From NCBI GenBank assembly GCA_963779755.1, contig CAVZZO010000003.1:288001-352000 (forward strand): DNA of 64,000 nt. Direction: 5' to 3'. Under the pieces are notes generated by a model, which searched no databases, had not been told where the DNA came from, and saw only the letters and a program-made list of their open reading frames with translations. Shown here piece after piece: positions 27,084 to 36,300 of this stretch (the first letter of the stretch is position 1; each line of letters begins with the position of its first letter). The position numbers and the translations under genes were made by a program. Source of the DNA: an uncultured Gemmatimonadales bacterium (GTDB lineage: Bacteria; Gemmatimonadota; Gemmatimonadetes; Gemmatimonadales; GWC2-71-9).

Positions 27084-28643
27084 ATGTTCCGTTTGGCCGC
27101 CGCCGTGCTTCCTCTGGCCGCCGCCGTCGAGGGCGGGGGCCATGCCATGCAGTCCACCACCGATGCCTTCTCCCAGTCGATCGTGGCCGCCATCATCGTG
27201 GCGGTCTTCGTGTCGCTGGCGCTGGAAAAGGTGCACCGGGTGCTGGTCGTGATCGGGGCGGTTGCCCTCATGTGGGCCATCACCTATCTCACGCCCTTCC
27301 ATCTGATAACGTTCGAAGGGGCGCAGACGGCGCTGGATTTCAACGTCCTCTTCCTGCTGGCGTCCATGATGGCGGTGGTCGGCGTGCTGAAGAGCACCGG
27401 CGTCTTCGAATGGGGTGTGGCCCGCATGCTGAACCGGGCCAACGGCGATCCCTACCTGATCCTGGTGTTGCTGCTCTGGTTCACCGCCATCCTCTCGGCG
27501 CTGTGCGACAACGTGACCACGGTGATCTTCGTGGCGCCCATGGCCCTGCAGATGGCACGCGCGGTCCGGGTGAAACCGGTGGCCTTCCTGCTGCCGGTGG
27601 TCATGGCCTCGAATATCGGCGGCACCGCCACCCTGATCGGCGACCCGCCCAACATCATGATCGGGTCGGGTGCGGGGCTCACGTTCCTTCAGTTCATCCT
27701 GGCCCTGGCGGCGCCGGTCGCCGTCATGATGTTTCTGCTGCCATGGTTTTCCGGGAAGTACTTCCACAAGTCACTGGAAGCCGCCCGGCAGAACGCGGGG
27801 GATACCACCATGGCGGTTCCGGCCATCACCGATCCGCTGCTGCTTCGGTGGTCGCTCTGGATCGGCGGCTTCATCCTGCTCGGCTTCTTTACCCATGGGC
27901 TCACCGGCATGCCCACCTCGGTTCCTGCCACAATCGGCGCCGGGGCATTGCTGGTGGTGCAGGACATACTCTACCTCCGCCGCTGGCAGCCCACGGAAGA
28001 AGAGCGACAGCACGGCCTGCTCCGGATCATCGAGAAAGAGATCGAGTGGCCGACGCTCAGCTTCTTCGGCTTTCTCTTCATCGCGGTAGGCGCGGCGGTG
28101 CAGACCGGCCTCATCGACACGCTGGCCCGTGGCCTGGGCCACGTGATCCTCGCCGGTGGGGGCGGCATGGGGCTGCGCGGCACCGGAATCCTGCTCTTCG
28201 CCGCGCTGCTCATCGTGTGGGTGAGTGGTATCGCCAGCGCCATCGTGGACAACATCCCCTTCGTGGCCGTCATGATTCCCATCATTCACCGGCTGGCGGG
28301 GCAGCTCCCGGGAGAGACCGGCGTGCTCTGGTGGGCGCTGGCGCTGGGCGCCTGTCTGGGCGGGAACGGCACCGCGGTGGGCGCATCGGCCAACGTGACG
28401 GTGATCGGGATGGCGGAACGGATGGGCGTGCACATCAGCTTCCGGGAGTTCACCCGCTTCGGCGCGTCGGTGACGGCGGTGACCCTGACCATTGCTTCCG
28501 TGTTCATCGCTTCCTACATCTATCTCGGCAGCAGGATGGCGATGGTGGCCTGGCTGGGTATCGTCGCGCTGGTCCTGCTGCTGAAGGCGATCTCGCGCAT
28601 GGCCCGGCGGCCCGAGCTGCGCACCGCGCCGGTGGCGCGATAA
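27084..28643 (+). CDS. ArsB/NhaD/SLC13 (IT superfamily) ion transporter
   Basis: SALCDNVTT, SNIGGTATLIGDPPNIMIG, EW.TL.FF, SAIVDNIPF, LGACLGGNGT.VGASAN. Confidence 0.9.
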   Translation: MFRLAAAVLPLAAAVEGGGHAMQSTTDAFSQSIVAAIIVAVFVSLALEKVHRVLVVIGAVALMWAITYLTPFHLITFEGAQTALDFNVLFLLASMMAVVGVLKSTGVFEWGVARMLNRANGDPYLILVLLLWFTAILSALCDNVTTVIFVAPMALQMARAVRVKPVAFLLPVVMASNIGGTATLIGDPPNIMIGSGAGLTFLQFILALAAPVAVMMFLLPWFSGKYFHKSLEAARQNAGDTTMAVPAITDPLLLRWSLWIGGFILLGFFTHGLTGMPTSVPATIGAGALLVVQDILYLRRWQPTEEERQHGLLRIIEKEIEWPTLSFFGFLFIAVGAAVQTGLIDTLARGLGHVILAGGGGMGLRGTGILLFAALLIVWVSGIASAIVDNIPFVAVMIPIIHRLAGQLPGETGVLWWALALGACLGGNGTAVGASANVTVIGMAERMGVHISFREFTRFGASVTAVTLTIASVFIASYIYLGSRMAMVAWLGIVALVLLLKAISRMARRPELRTAPVAR

Positions 28644-28658
28644 TTCACCGCGAAGGCA

Positions 28659-28705
28659 CGAAGAGCGCCGGGAGCATGCACACCCGCACGCCCCGGCGTT
28701 CTTCG
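28659..28705. terminator. Intergenic hairpin between convergent genes
   Basis: CGAAGAGCGCCGGG (28659-28672) pairs with CCCGGCGTTCTTCG (28692-28705), with one G:T pair. Confidence 0.55.
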
Positions 28706-28719
28706 CGTTCCGGTAGGGA

Positions 28720-29061
28720 TCAGGCAGTTCTGGTGGATGACCTGCGGGACCGGGGCGGAGCCGGCGGTTTCCCTGGCGTGGACGCGCCGGGATGGAGAAT
28801 CACCTCGACCTCCTGCCCCACCTCCAGTCCTCCCGCCCTGGCGATCTCCGAGTCGATCAGGAGGAAATAGCCACCGGCGCCCGCGACAATGGCGCTGTCG
28901 AAGGCCGTCCCGTTCAGCCGGCCATGCACCCGGTGGCCATGCCGGCCGGGTTCGAGGCGCAGGCTGGGGGTCGCCCACCGATGCGTGGGATCGAAGGGAA
29001 CCTCCACCGCCAGCCCCGTATGGCCCTCACGGACCACGGCCCTGAAGCGCTCGGTCTTCAT
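28720..29061 (-). CDS. DUF1905 domain protein
   Basis: AVEVPFDP...W, VHGRLNG..F.S.I, GLEVGQEVEV. Confidence 0.7.
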   Translation of the reverse strand: MKTERFRAVVREGHTGLAVEVPFDPTHRWATPSLRLEPGRHGHRVHGRLNGTAFDSAIVAGAGGYFLLIDSEIARAGGLEVGQEVEVILHPGASTPGKPPAPPRSRRSSTRTA

Positions 29062-29112
29062 GGAAGCCCCGGGTGAGAGGGACCCCTAAGATAGCAGAGG
29101 GGAGGCTGGGGA

Positions 29113-29193
29113 AGGAATGAAGGAATCAGGAATCAGGAATCAGGGGACGGGGCCCGGGAGCGGCCGGCCCCTGCCGCTGATTTCCGTTCCTGA
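29113..29193. repeat. Heptamer microsatellite (AGGAATC)x3 with degenerate complementary arm
   Basis: AGGAATG plus AGGAATC x3 at 29113-29141, and CTGATTTCCGTTCCTGA at 29177-29193. Confidence 0.7.
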
Positions 29194-29198
29194 CGTTC

Positions 29199-30677
29199 TC
29201 AGTCGAGGATAGGCTTCCCGGCCGCGAAATCGTACAGCGTCGCCTTCCGCAGGCGGTAATAGGCCAGCCAGTAGCCGCGCAGCGCCTGCACGAACTGGCT
29301 CAGCGCCGCGTTCTTTTCCGACTGGGCGATATAGAGGTTGTCGATGGTGATCCGGCCGATCACGTAGCGATTGTAGGCGACCTCGAAGCGTTTGTCCGCG
29401 ACCGTATCCGCCTTGGCCAGCAGGGCGAGGTTGCGCTCGGCCTGGCCCAGGTCGAGCGCGGCGAAGTGGGCCTGATGATCGGACTGCTCCAGCGCGGCCT
29501 CGGCCAGGCTGGTCACCTCTTCCCGGTCCAGCTTTGCCGCGGATACTTCCTGTCCATGCGCGCCCCATTGCCAGAGCGGAAACTGCACCGACAGGGAGAA
29601 CTGCTGCGCCTGGAGCAGGTTCTGGTACGCCGAACTGGCCTGGGAGGCTGTGGCATTGAAGCCGAAACTGGCCTGCACCGTCGCGCCGATGCCCTGCCCC
29701 AGCCGGGCTTCGGCGATCCGCCGCTGCGCCTGCACATCCTGCAGCTCCGCCTGGGTCACAATGGCGAGGTTCTGCCGCGCTTCCGCTACCGCCCTGGCGG
29801 TGTCCACTTCCACCGTAGGCAGGGCGGTGGATACGCTGATGGCGATCGGCGTATCCGGCGGCAGGTTGAGGGCCAGCCGGAGCGCCGCGGCGGCCCGATC
29901 GTAGTCCAGTTGCGCCTGCTGGGCCGAGGTGCGGGCCTGCAGCAGCGCCAGCTCACTCTGCAGCAGGTCGTTCTCGCCGATCTTGCCGACTTCATACCGG
30001 CCCTGATTCAGCCGGTAGAGGGTATCGTTCACGGCGGCGTTGCGGGTCGCGTTCTGCAATCCCACCCGGGCGGAGTAGAGGTCGAAAAAGACCTGGGTGG
30101 TCTGGATCGCCACATCCTCCATGGCCTCGCGATACTGGCGCTCCGCCAGCTCTTCCTCGATGCCCGATTCCCGGCGGTCCCACCCCACGGTGTTGGGACG
30201 GAAGATGTCCTGCCGCAGTCCGATCAGCACCGGGGTTGATGACCAGGTCTCCACGGACTGCTGGCCGCTCAAAGCCAGGCGCGAGAGCGACGAGGAAATG
30301 AAGAAGTCGCCCCCGGTGACCGGCAGCTGCTGGGACAGGGTCATCGACAGGGAGGTGCTGGTCTGCTGCTGGGCCCGGAAGAGCGTGCTGCCGTCCGGCT
30401 GGAGCACCGGGATGATGGAGCGATTGTAGGACGGCAGGGTTCCGCTGAGCGAGAGCTGCGGCAGCTGGCGGGCGCTGAAGGCGCTCCGCCGCCGGCGTGC
30501 GGCCCCGCGCGCGGCCCGGGCGGCCCGGGCCTGGAACCCGTCGGCCTGGGCCCGGGTAATTGCGTCCTGCAGGGTGAACGGCTCCGGGTCCTGGGCGGCA
30601 AGCGGGCCGGCGGCGATCGTAGCCAGCAGGGCGCAGGCAGCCAGCAGGGCGCGCGGGCGGAGGGCAGATATGGGCAT
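29199..30677 (-). CDS. TolC family outer membrane efflux protein
   Basis: Signal peptide, TLQDAI..A, two OEP repeats (RYEVGKI..DLLQ / RYVIGRI..NL..AQ), YDF C-terminus. Confidence 0.9.
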   Translation of the reverse strand: MPISALRPRALLAACALLATIAAGPLAAQDPEPFTLQDAITRAQADGFQARAARAARGAARRRRSAFSARQLPQLSLSGTLPSYNRSIIPVLQPDGSTLFRAQQQTSTSLSMTLSQQLPVTGGDFFISSSLSRLALSGQQSVETWSSTPVLIGLRQDIFRPNTVGWDRRESGIEEELAERQYREAMEDVAIQTTQVFFDLYSARVGLQNATRNAAVNDTLYRLNQGRYEVGKIGENDLLQSELALLQARTSAQQAQLDYDRAAAALRLALNLPPDTPIAISVSTALPTVEVDTARAVAEARQNLAIVTQAELQDVQAQRRIAEARLGQGIGATVQASFGFNATASQASSAYQNLLQAQQFSLSVQFPLWQWGAHGQEVSAAKLDREEVTSLAEAALEQSDHQAHFAALDLGQAERNLALLAKADTVADKRFEVAYNRYVIGRITIDNLYIAQSEKNAALSQFVQALRGYWLAYYRLRKATLYDFAAGKPILD

Positions 30678-30681
30678 GGGC

Positions 30682-32082
30682 TTACTCGTACCGGAGACAG
30701 TCGACCGGATCTTGCCGCGCGGCCCGATAGGCGGGCATGATCCCGAAGGCGATGCCCACCGTGATCGACACCCCGAAGGCCACGATCACGGACAGCATGG
30801 ACACGATGGTGACAATGCCGGCAGCCCGTTGAATGCCGGCACTGAGCGCGGCGCCGACCACGATCCCGGCCAGGCCGCCGGTCACGCTGATGAGCACCGC
30901 TTCGCTCAGGAATTGGAAGAGGATGTCCTTCTGGGTGGCCCCGACCGCGCGCCGGACTCCGATTTCCCGGATCCGCTCCAGCACACTGGCCAGCATGATG
31001 TTCATGATGCCGATGCCGCCGACGACCAGGGAGATGGACGCGATAGCACCGAGCACCACGTTGAAGATGGTCTTGGTGCGGCGCTCCTGCAGCAGCAGCA
31101 GCTCGGGGACGGTGACCTCGAAATCCACTACCGTGTTGTGCCGCCGCTTCAGCATCCGTTGCAGCACGTCCGCCACCGAGGGGACCAGCCGGGAGTCCTT
31201 CACCCGGACGATGATCCGGTCGAGCTGGTTGGGGTTGGTCCGCTCCTGCCGCTGCTGCTCGCTCTCCTGCTGGTCGTCATTGGTGGTCACGGTGACTTCG
31301 CGGGAGGCCTGCTCCACTGCCTGCTGCGTCACCAGCGCACGGTTACGGTAGCGCAGCAGCAGCGTCTGCACCGGGACATAGACGTCCATGTTGGCGTCGC
31401 GAATGCCGAGCCGCTGGACCGTCTCTCCGGTGACGTGCCGGTCCTCCAGTACGCCCACCACGGTGAGCCAGGTATCGCCCACCTTGAGCGGCTTGCCGAC
31501 AGGATCTTCGGTGGTGAAGAAGCGGGTCCGGACGCCCTGCCCGATGATCGCCACCGGCATGCCTTCCTCCACCTCCAGGGGCCGGAACCAGCTTCCGCGA
31601 CGCAGCGAGAGATTGGTCAGGCGGAAGTAGGAGGTGTCCACCCCCACCACCTTCCCGGACCGCCGGTGCCCTTCCCGCGTCAGGCTGGTATTGAGCACCA
31701 CCTCGGCGCTGGCGGCATCCACTCCCGGCAGTACCCGTTCGATGGCGCGAACGTCCTGAACCGTCAGGCCGGGTGAAAAGCGCTTGACCTCCCGGCTGCT
31801 GTTCTGGTCGCCGACTTTCCCTTCCTTCTGTTCCACCAGCGGGGTGATCACGACGTTGTTGGAGCCCAGCAGCTGCATCTGCTGGAGGATCTCCCGCTCC
31901 GCTCCCTTGCCGATGGCCAGCATGGCGATGACGGAGGCCACACCGAAGAGAATGCCGAGCGAAGTGAGGCCGGCCCGCAGCTTGTTGTGCCGCACCGCTT
32001 CCAGCGCGGAGCGCATGCTGAAGATCACGTGGGCGATGATCTGGCTGCGCAGCTCGTTAAGCCGCTCCCGGTTGGACGCCAT
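30682..32082 (-). CDS. MacB-like ABC transporter permease (no nucleotide-binding domain)
   Basis: NKLR..LT.LGI.FGV, SLVVGGIGIMNIML.SV.ER.REIG.R.A.GA, FG..PA.RAA..DP..LRYE. Confidence 0.92.
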   Translation of the reverse strand: MASNRERLNELRSQIIAHVIFSMRSALEAVRHNKLRAGLTSLGILFGVASVIAMLAIGKGAEREILQQMQLLGSNNVVITPLVEQKEGKVGDQNSSREVKRFSPGLTVQDVRAIERVLPGVDAASAEVVLNTSLTREGHRRSGKVVGVDTSYFRLTNLSLRRGSWFRPLEVEEGMPVAIIGQGVRTRFFTTEDPVGKPLKVGDTWLTVVGVLEDRHVTGETVQRLGIRDANMDVYVPVQTLLLRYRNRALVTQQAVEQASREVTVTTNDDQQESEQQRQERTNPNQLDRIIVRVKDSRLVPSVADVLQRMLKRRHNTVVDFEVTVPELLLLQERRTKTIFNVVLGAIASISLVVGGIGIMNIMLASVLERIREIGVRRAVGATQKDILFQFLSEAVLISVTGGLAGIVVGAALSAGIQRAAGIVTIVSMLSVIVAFGVSITVGIAFGIMPAYRAARQDPVDCLRYE

Positions 32083-32091
32083 CGCCCGGAC

Positions 32092-33468
32092 TCAGTTCCG
32101 CGGCTGGGTGCCCGGGTTCTCCGCGGTATCGCCGCCCGCCACCGGGGCGCTGTCGCCGACCGCCTTCCCGGCCGGGGGCTCTCCGGCCTGGGACCCCGGT
32201 AGCCGCTCGATTTCCATATGGTCGTGGTCGGCGGGTGCGGTGAGCAGCACGCGATCGTCCACCTTCAGGCCTTTGGCAATGACGACCTCGTCGTCGTTCA
32301 TGGCGCCGGTGACCACCTCCTGCTTCACCACGTGCCCGCCGGACATCCGGTAGACATAGGGAATGCCCTGGTCGCTGTTCACCGCCTCGAGGGGCACGAA
32401 GAGGACGCTGTCCGTGCTGAAGGTCTGGATGGCGTTGCCGGTAGTCATGCCCGGCCGCAACGTCGTATCCGGCTGCGCGACGTTGATCTTGACTTCGAAA
32501 ACCTTGGCGTCGGCATTGGGGCGCTGCTCGCCCACATTGGCCACGCTGGTCACGGTCCCGCTCAGGTGCTTGGTGGGATCGGCATCCAGGGTGATCACGA
32601 CCGGCTGCCCCGCCTTGATGTGGCGGATGTCGATCTCGTTGACGTAGGTCACCGATTCCATCTTGCTCAGGTCGGGGAGGGTGGCGACCCCGGGATCCCA
32701 GGAGGTGACCTGCGAGCCGGTGGTTCGTTTGCGGCCGTTCCATTCTTTCACGTAGATGACCATTCCGGAGGACGGCGCCCGGATAGTGAACCCGGCCATG
32801 ACGTCCTGCACCACCTTCAGCAGGTTCTGCTGCCGGGCAAGATCGGCACCGACCTCGCGCATCTTGGCCTTGGCCTGCTCCACCTTGGTGTCGTAATCGG
32901 ACTTGGCCTGTGCCAGCGCACGGGTGGCCTTCTCGTAGTCGATTTCCGCCTGGCGCTTGACGGTGGGAGCCTCATAGACCGCCTGCTCCTTGGCCAACCG
33001 CTTTTCTTCGAGGCCCAGGTCCATGGAGCGGATGTTCTCCCGGGCCGTGGAGAGATTGAGGGTCGAATCGAGCATCGCCTGCTCATACTGCGCCTGCGCC
33101 TTCTGCAGGGCGAGCGTCACCTCGTTCATCTTGCTGGCCAGCGTCGAGCGATCCAGCTCGGCGACGACGTCGCCCTGCTTGACCAGGCTCCCCTCGGGCA
33201 CGATCGACTGGATCTTCATCTGGTAGGCACCCGCCTGCTGCGCGTTGGCCGGCGCCGTGATCTCGACAAACTCCTGGGCCTGCAGCTCCCCGGAAGAGTT
33301 GATGGTGACGGTGAATTTTCCCCGCTTCACCGGCGCCACCAGGGCGGCATCGCCCGCGTCGGCCCGGTGGGCGGCAAACCAGAGTGCGGGCACCCCGATC
33401 ACGGCCGCCAGCAGGAAGAGACGGCCGCCACGGGTGCGCGGCAGGCGCAGATAGGATGTGGCTGTCAT
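32092..33468 (-). CDS. Efflux periplasmic adaptor (MacA/HlyD family)
   Basis: N-terminal TM, EG..VK.GD.V.ELD, long coiled coil, IRAP..G, LRPGMT, GL...D.V. Confidence 0.9.
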   Translation of the reverse strand: MTATSYLRLPRTRGGRLFLLAAVIGVPALWFAAHRADAGDAALVAPVKRGKFTVTINSSGELQAQEFVEITAPANAQQAGAYQMKIQSIVPEGSLVKQGDVVAELDRSTLASKMNEVTLALQKAQAQYEQAMLDSTLNLSTARENIRSMDLGLEEKRLAKEQAVYEAPTVKRQAEIDYEKATRALAQAKSDYDTKVEQAKAKMREVGADLARQQNLLKVVQDVMAGFTIRAPSSGMVIYVKEWNGRKRTTGSQVTSWDPGVATLPDLSKMESVTYVNEIDIRHIKAGQPVVITLDADPTKHLSGTVTSVANVGEQRPNADAKVFEVKINVAQPDTTLRPGMTTGNAIQTFSTDSVLFVPLEAVNSDQGIPYVYRMSGGHVVKQEVVTGAMNDDEVVIAKGLKVDDRVLLTAPADHDHMEIERLPGSQAGEPPAGKAVGDSAPVAGGDTAENPGTQPRN

Positions 33469-33828
33469 GTCGATTTCCCCGGAAAAATGCCGGCCCGGCC
33501 CGGCCGGCTATCCCTTTGATGCCGCACCGCGGCGAAGGGTTGCATCGGGCCGTCACGGCCCCTGTGGGATAAGCTACGCCTGGTCAGGGAAGCGCAAGGG
33601 GGGAACCGGCCGAGAGTTGCGGATTGGGGGCCGCCCGGCTGCCACGGCCGGCGGTGTTCCACCGCGCATCTCCCCCCACCGAACCAAGCTGGGAGCGGCG
33701 ACTTGCGGACTCGTGGGCCGCAGATTACGGAAGCATGACAGCCGGGTGACATTCCCGCACCGGCAATTCCGCAGTCGTGTCTTCGCCCGCAGCCGGCGGA
33801 GACACGACCGAAGGAGTACCGGCCTGCT

Positions 33829-34044
33829 TCAGGCGGAGGCCGGAGGCTGTTTCCGCGTCGAGATGCGAAACAGGGTGTAAAGAGGACACCAACCGATCAG
33901 GCTGGTCACGAAGAAGGCGACTGCCACGACAGCCAGAATGATGGCCACGACGCCGCTCAGCCTGCCGCTGTACCAGAGCCAGGCAATGGCGGCGACGATG
34001 AGCAGTCGGATGAACCGGTCGGCGTTGCCCATATTTCTGGTCAT
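33829..34044 (-). CDS. DUF2892 (YgaP-like) membrane protein
   Basis: MTRNMGNADRFIR...T...GWCPLY.LF.IST. Confidence 0.9.
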   Translation of the reverse strand: MTRNMGNADRFIRLLIVAAIAWLWYSGRLSGVVAIILAVVAVAFFVTSLIGWCPLYTLFRISTRKQPPASA

Positions 34045-34073
34045 GAGATCCTCTCGATCGGGGCCAGGCCCCG

Positions 34074-34715
34074 CTAGTGGTTGTACCGCCAACCGCAGAC
34101 TCCGGCCACGTAGAGCGCGCGGATGTCCTGCAGCAGCTCGGGCGCCACGGTGAAGGAATCCGGGCCGATCCGCCCGCGCAGACTGCGCACCGCCGCCAGG
34201 CGCCGGAACTGGCCGGGGCTCAGCGAGATCAGATAGACCCACAGGTCGTTCGGCGCCAGCGGGCGGTACGGCGAGAGTCGGGCGGCGCCCAGATTCAGCG
34301 TGGTGCCGTCGAGCTCCAGCACGACCGCCCGCTGATCCAGCGGCAGCGAATCGCGGCGCCCCACTTCGAGTTGCAGGATCAGGCCCGGCGCCGGCGTGGG
34401 CGGCGGCCCGGCGAACTGCATCCGTGCGGCCACCGACCGCACACCCGGTCGCTCCGATTTCGGCAGGCCACGATACAGCCCTGCGCTGGTACGGCCGAGG
34501 TCGGTCCGGAAGCTCCCGCTGATATGGCCCGCCATACGCTCGCCATGCGTCCCGATGGCGCTGTCGGAGGCGGGGCAGGCCCGGGCGAAGATCGGCCGCG
34601 CGAGGAGGCCGGAGTCCTGGGCCGCCAGTGGCCGGAACCACCCGGCCGCGAGCAGCAACAGGACCGACACACTCCGCGGCGGCCGGAGGCGAATTCGATA
34701 TCCAGGCGTCATCAT
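34074..34715 (-). CDS. Hypothetical secreted protein
   Basis: Signal-like LLLLAAGWFRPLAAQ and C-terminal RALYVAGVCG. No family recognised. Confidence 0.6.
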   Translation of the reverse strand: MMTPGYRIRLRPPRSVSVLLLLAAGWFRPLAAQDSGLLARPIFARACPASDSAIGTHGERMAGHISGSFRTDLGRTSAGLYRGLPKSERPGVRSVAARMQFAGPPPTPAPGLILQLEVGRRDSLPLDQRAVVLELDGTTLNLGAARLSPYRPLAPNDLWVYLISLSPGQFRRLAAVRSLRGRIGPDSFTVAPELLQDIRALYVAGVCGWRYNH

Positions 34716-34778
34716 GTCTTTCGAAGATCGGGAGGAATCGATGAAGACAGCATGAAAGCCGGGGGAACCCCGGCGCCC

Positions 34779-35336
34779 TCAGCCCCCCGGCGAGGCGTCG
34801 ACGGGGCCGCCCCAGCGGACCCGGTAGAGACAGCGGGTGGCACCCTCCAGCTGGAAATGCCGGTCGAATACCAGGCCGCACTTGCGCAGCACGTGCTGCG
34901 AACCATGGTTGTCCTGGTTGGTCACGGCGACCACGGTCTCGCACCCGAGTATTCCACGGGCATGCTCCAGACACGCGGTGGCCGTCTCGGTGGCATAGCC
35001 CCTGCCCCACCAGGGCTGGTAGAACGCGTAGCCGACCTCGATCTCGTCCCTGCCCTCGACATCGAGGTGCCGCAGCAGGGCCCGCCCGATCGGCTCGGCA
35101 CCGCCGCGCTCGTAGACGATCCAGAGGCCGAAGTTGTACTGCACCCAGTGCCGCAGGTTGCGCTCGAGATACTGGGCGGTCTCCCCCTCGTCGCGCAGTC
35201 CGCCCAGGTGTGCCATCACCGCTTCATCGCGGTGCATGCGCAGGAGCTCGGCAGCATCGGCCTCCCGGAGACGCCGGGCCACCAGACGCGCGGTGGTGAA
35301 AGCGTCGGGCCAGCCATCGCGAGATGACAGGATCAT
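34779..35336 (-). CDS. GNAT acetyltransferase (RimJ/RimL family)
   Basis: T.RL..R, FGLW, EVGY....WWGRGYATE, N..SQHVL.K.G. Confidence 0.9.
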   Translation of the reverse strand: MILSSRDGWPDAFTTARLVARRLREADAAELLRMHRDEAVMAHLGGLRDEGETAQYLERNLRHWVQYNFGLWIVYERGGAEPIGRALLRHLDVEGRDEIEVGYAFYQPWWGRGYATETATACLEHARGILGCETVVAVTNQDNHGSQHVLRKCGLVFDRHFQLEGATRCLYRVRWGGPVDASPGG

Positions 35337-35435
35337 GTTTCTCTCAGGAGGTCGCAGGTCCGGAGCAGGGCGCTGCCGGGAGCAGAGCGGGGGGATGCTG
35401 AATGGCAGGGGCAGATGGCCGCGCAGAGTGCGCCC

Positions 35436-35795
35436 TCATTCCTTCTTTCGGCTCCTGCGGGGCCGTTTCCGCCGGGCCTCGGCGACCGCGATGGCCTTGT
35501 GCATCCACCTCTCCAGCGCCGCGGTGTCCTCCAGCAGGTCACCCGGAATCTCGTAGTACTGCATCACCTCGCCCTCCGGGCCGCCGGGACGGAACGGTCC
35601 CAACCCGAGCTCCAGGTAGTCGCCGCGATTGGAATCGTCCACCTTGAAGTAGACGATATCGTCGTCCATGAGCGCGAAGAACAACTCGCCCGCGTAGATC
35701 CCGACCCCGCCGAACATGTTGCGGGCACGGATATCCGATCGGACCCGGCCAAGCTGGTCGAGCGCAAAGGCGCGGAAGCCGGGGCTGACCGGCAT
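35436..35795 (-). CDS. TfoX/Sxy N-terminal domain protein
   Basis: RNMFGGVGIY...FFALM, YFKVD, MQYYEIP.D.LED. Confidence 0.9.
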   Translation of the reverse strand: MPVSPGFRAFALDQLGRVRSDIRARNMFGGVGIYAGELFFALMDDDIVYFKVDDSNRGDYLELGLGPFRPGGPEGEVMQYYEIPGDLLEDTAALERWMHKAIAVAEARRKRPRRSRKKE

Positions 35796-35982
35796 CAGGA
35801 CCCCGGATTCAAACGCAGGTCGGCGGGCTGGGACAGCATGCCGGCATGGCCGGCATGGATGTCCGTGATCCAGTCCTGCCCGCACCGCGGCCGGAGATGA
35901 TAGTCCGCCGGCGGCGCGCACTCCGGGACGGCGCCGCGCGAATACATCGCGGCCGCCACCGGGGAGTCGTGCCGCGCGAGCG

Positions 35983-36264
35983 TCACGGAGCGGCGTGGGC
36001 CGAGTCGGACGCCGGCCAGGGCCAGCCGGCCCGGGTACGGATCTCCATGCATCGGTCGCGGCCGCTGGGGACGGTGCTGTCGGCCCGGGCGGTATCGGCG
36101 GCGGTGCGGGCGGACTGGTAGAGCTCGGCGCACTGCCGGGAGGCTCGGCTGGTATAGAGATGGGTCATCACCCAGCCAGCCGCCACGAGAAAGATGGCCG
36201 CGGCCAGCAGTACCACCAGGCGCGGCGGCCGGGAGCCCGGCCCCCGCTCAGGAGGGGCGGTCAT
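35983..36264 (-). CDS. Hypothetical membrane-anchored protein
   Basis: Single TM followed by C..LY..ARTAADT..AD. Confidence 0.5.
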   Translation of the reverse strand: MTAPPERGPGSRPPRLVVLLAAAIFLVAAGWVMTHLYTSRASRQCAELYQSARTAADTARADSTVPSGRDRCMEIRTRAGWPWPASDSAHAAP

Positions 36265-36300
36265 GGCCGCACCGCCGCGTGAGCGGCATCAAGGGGTTGT

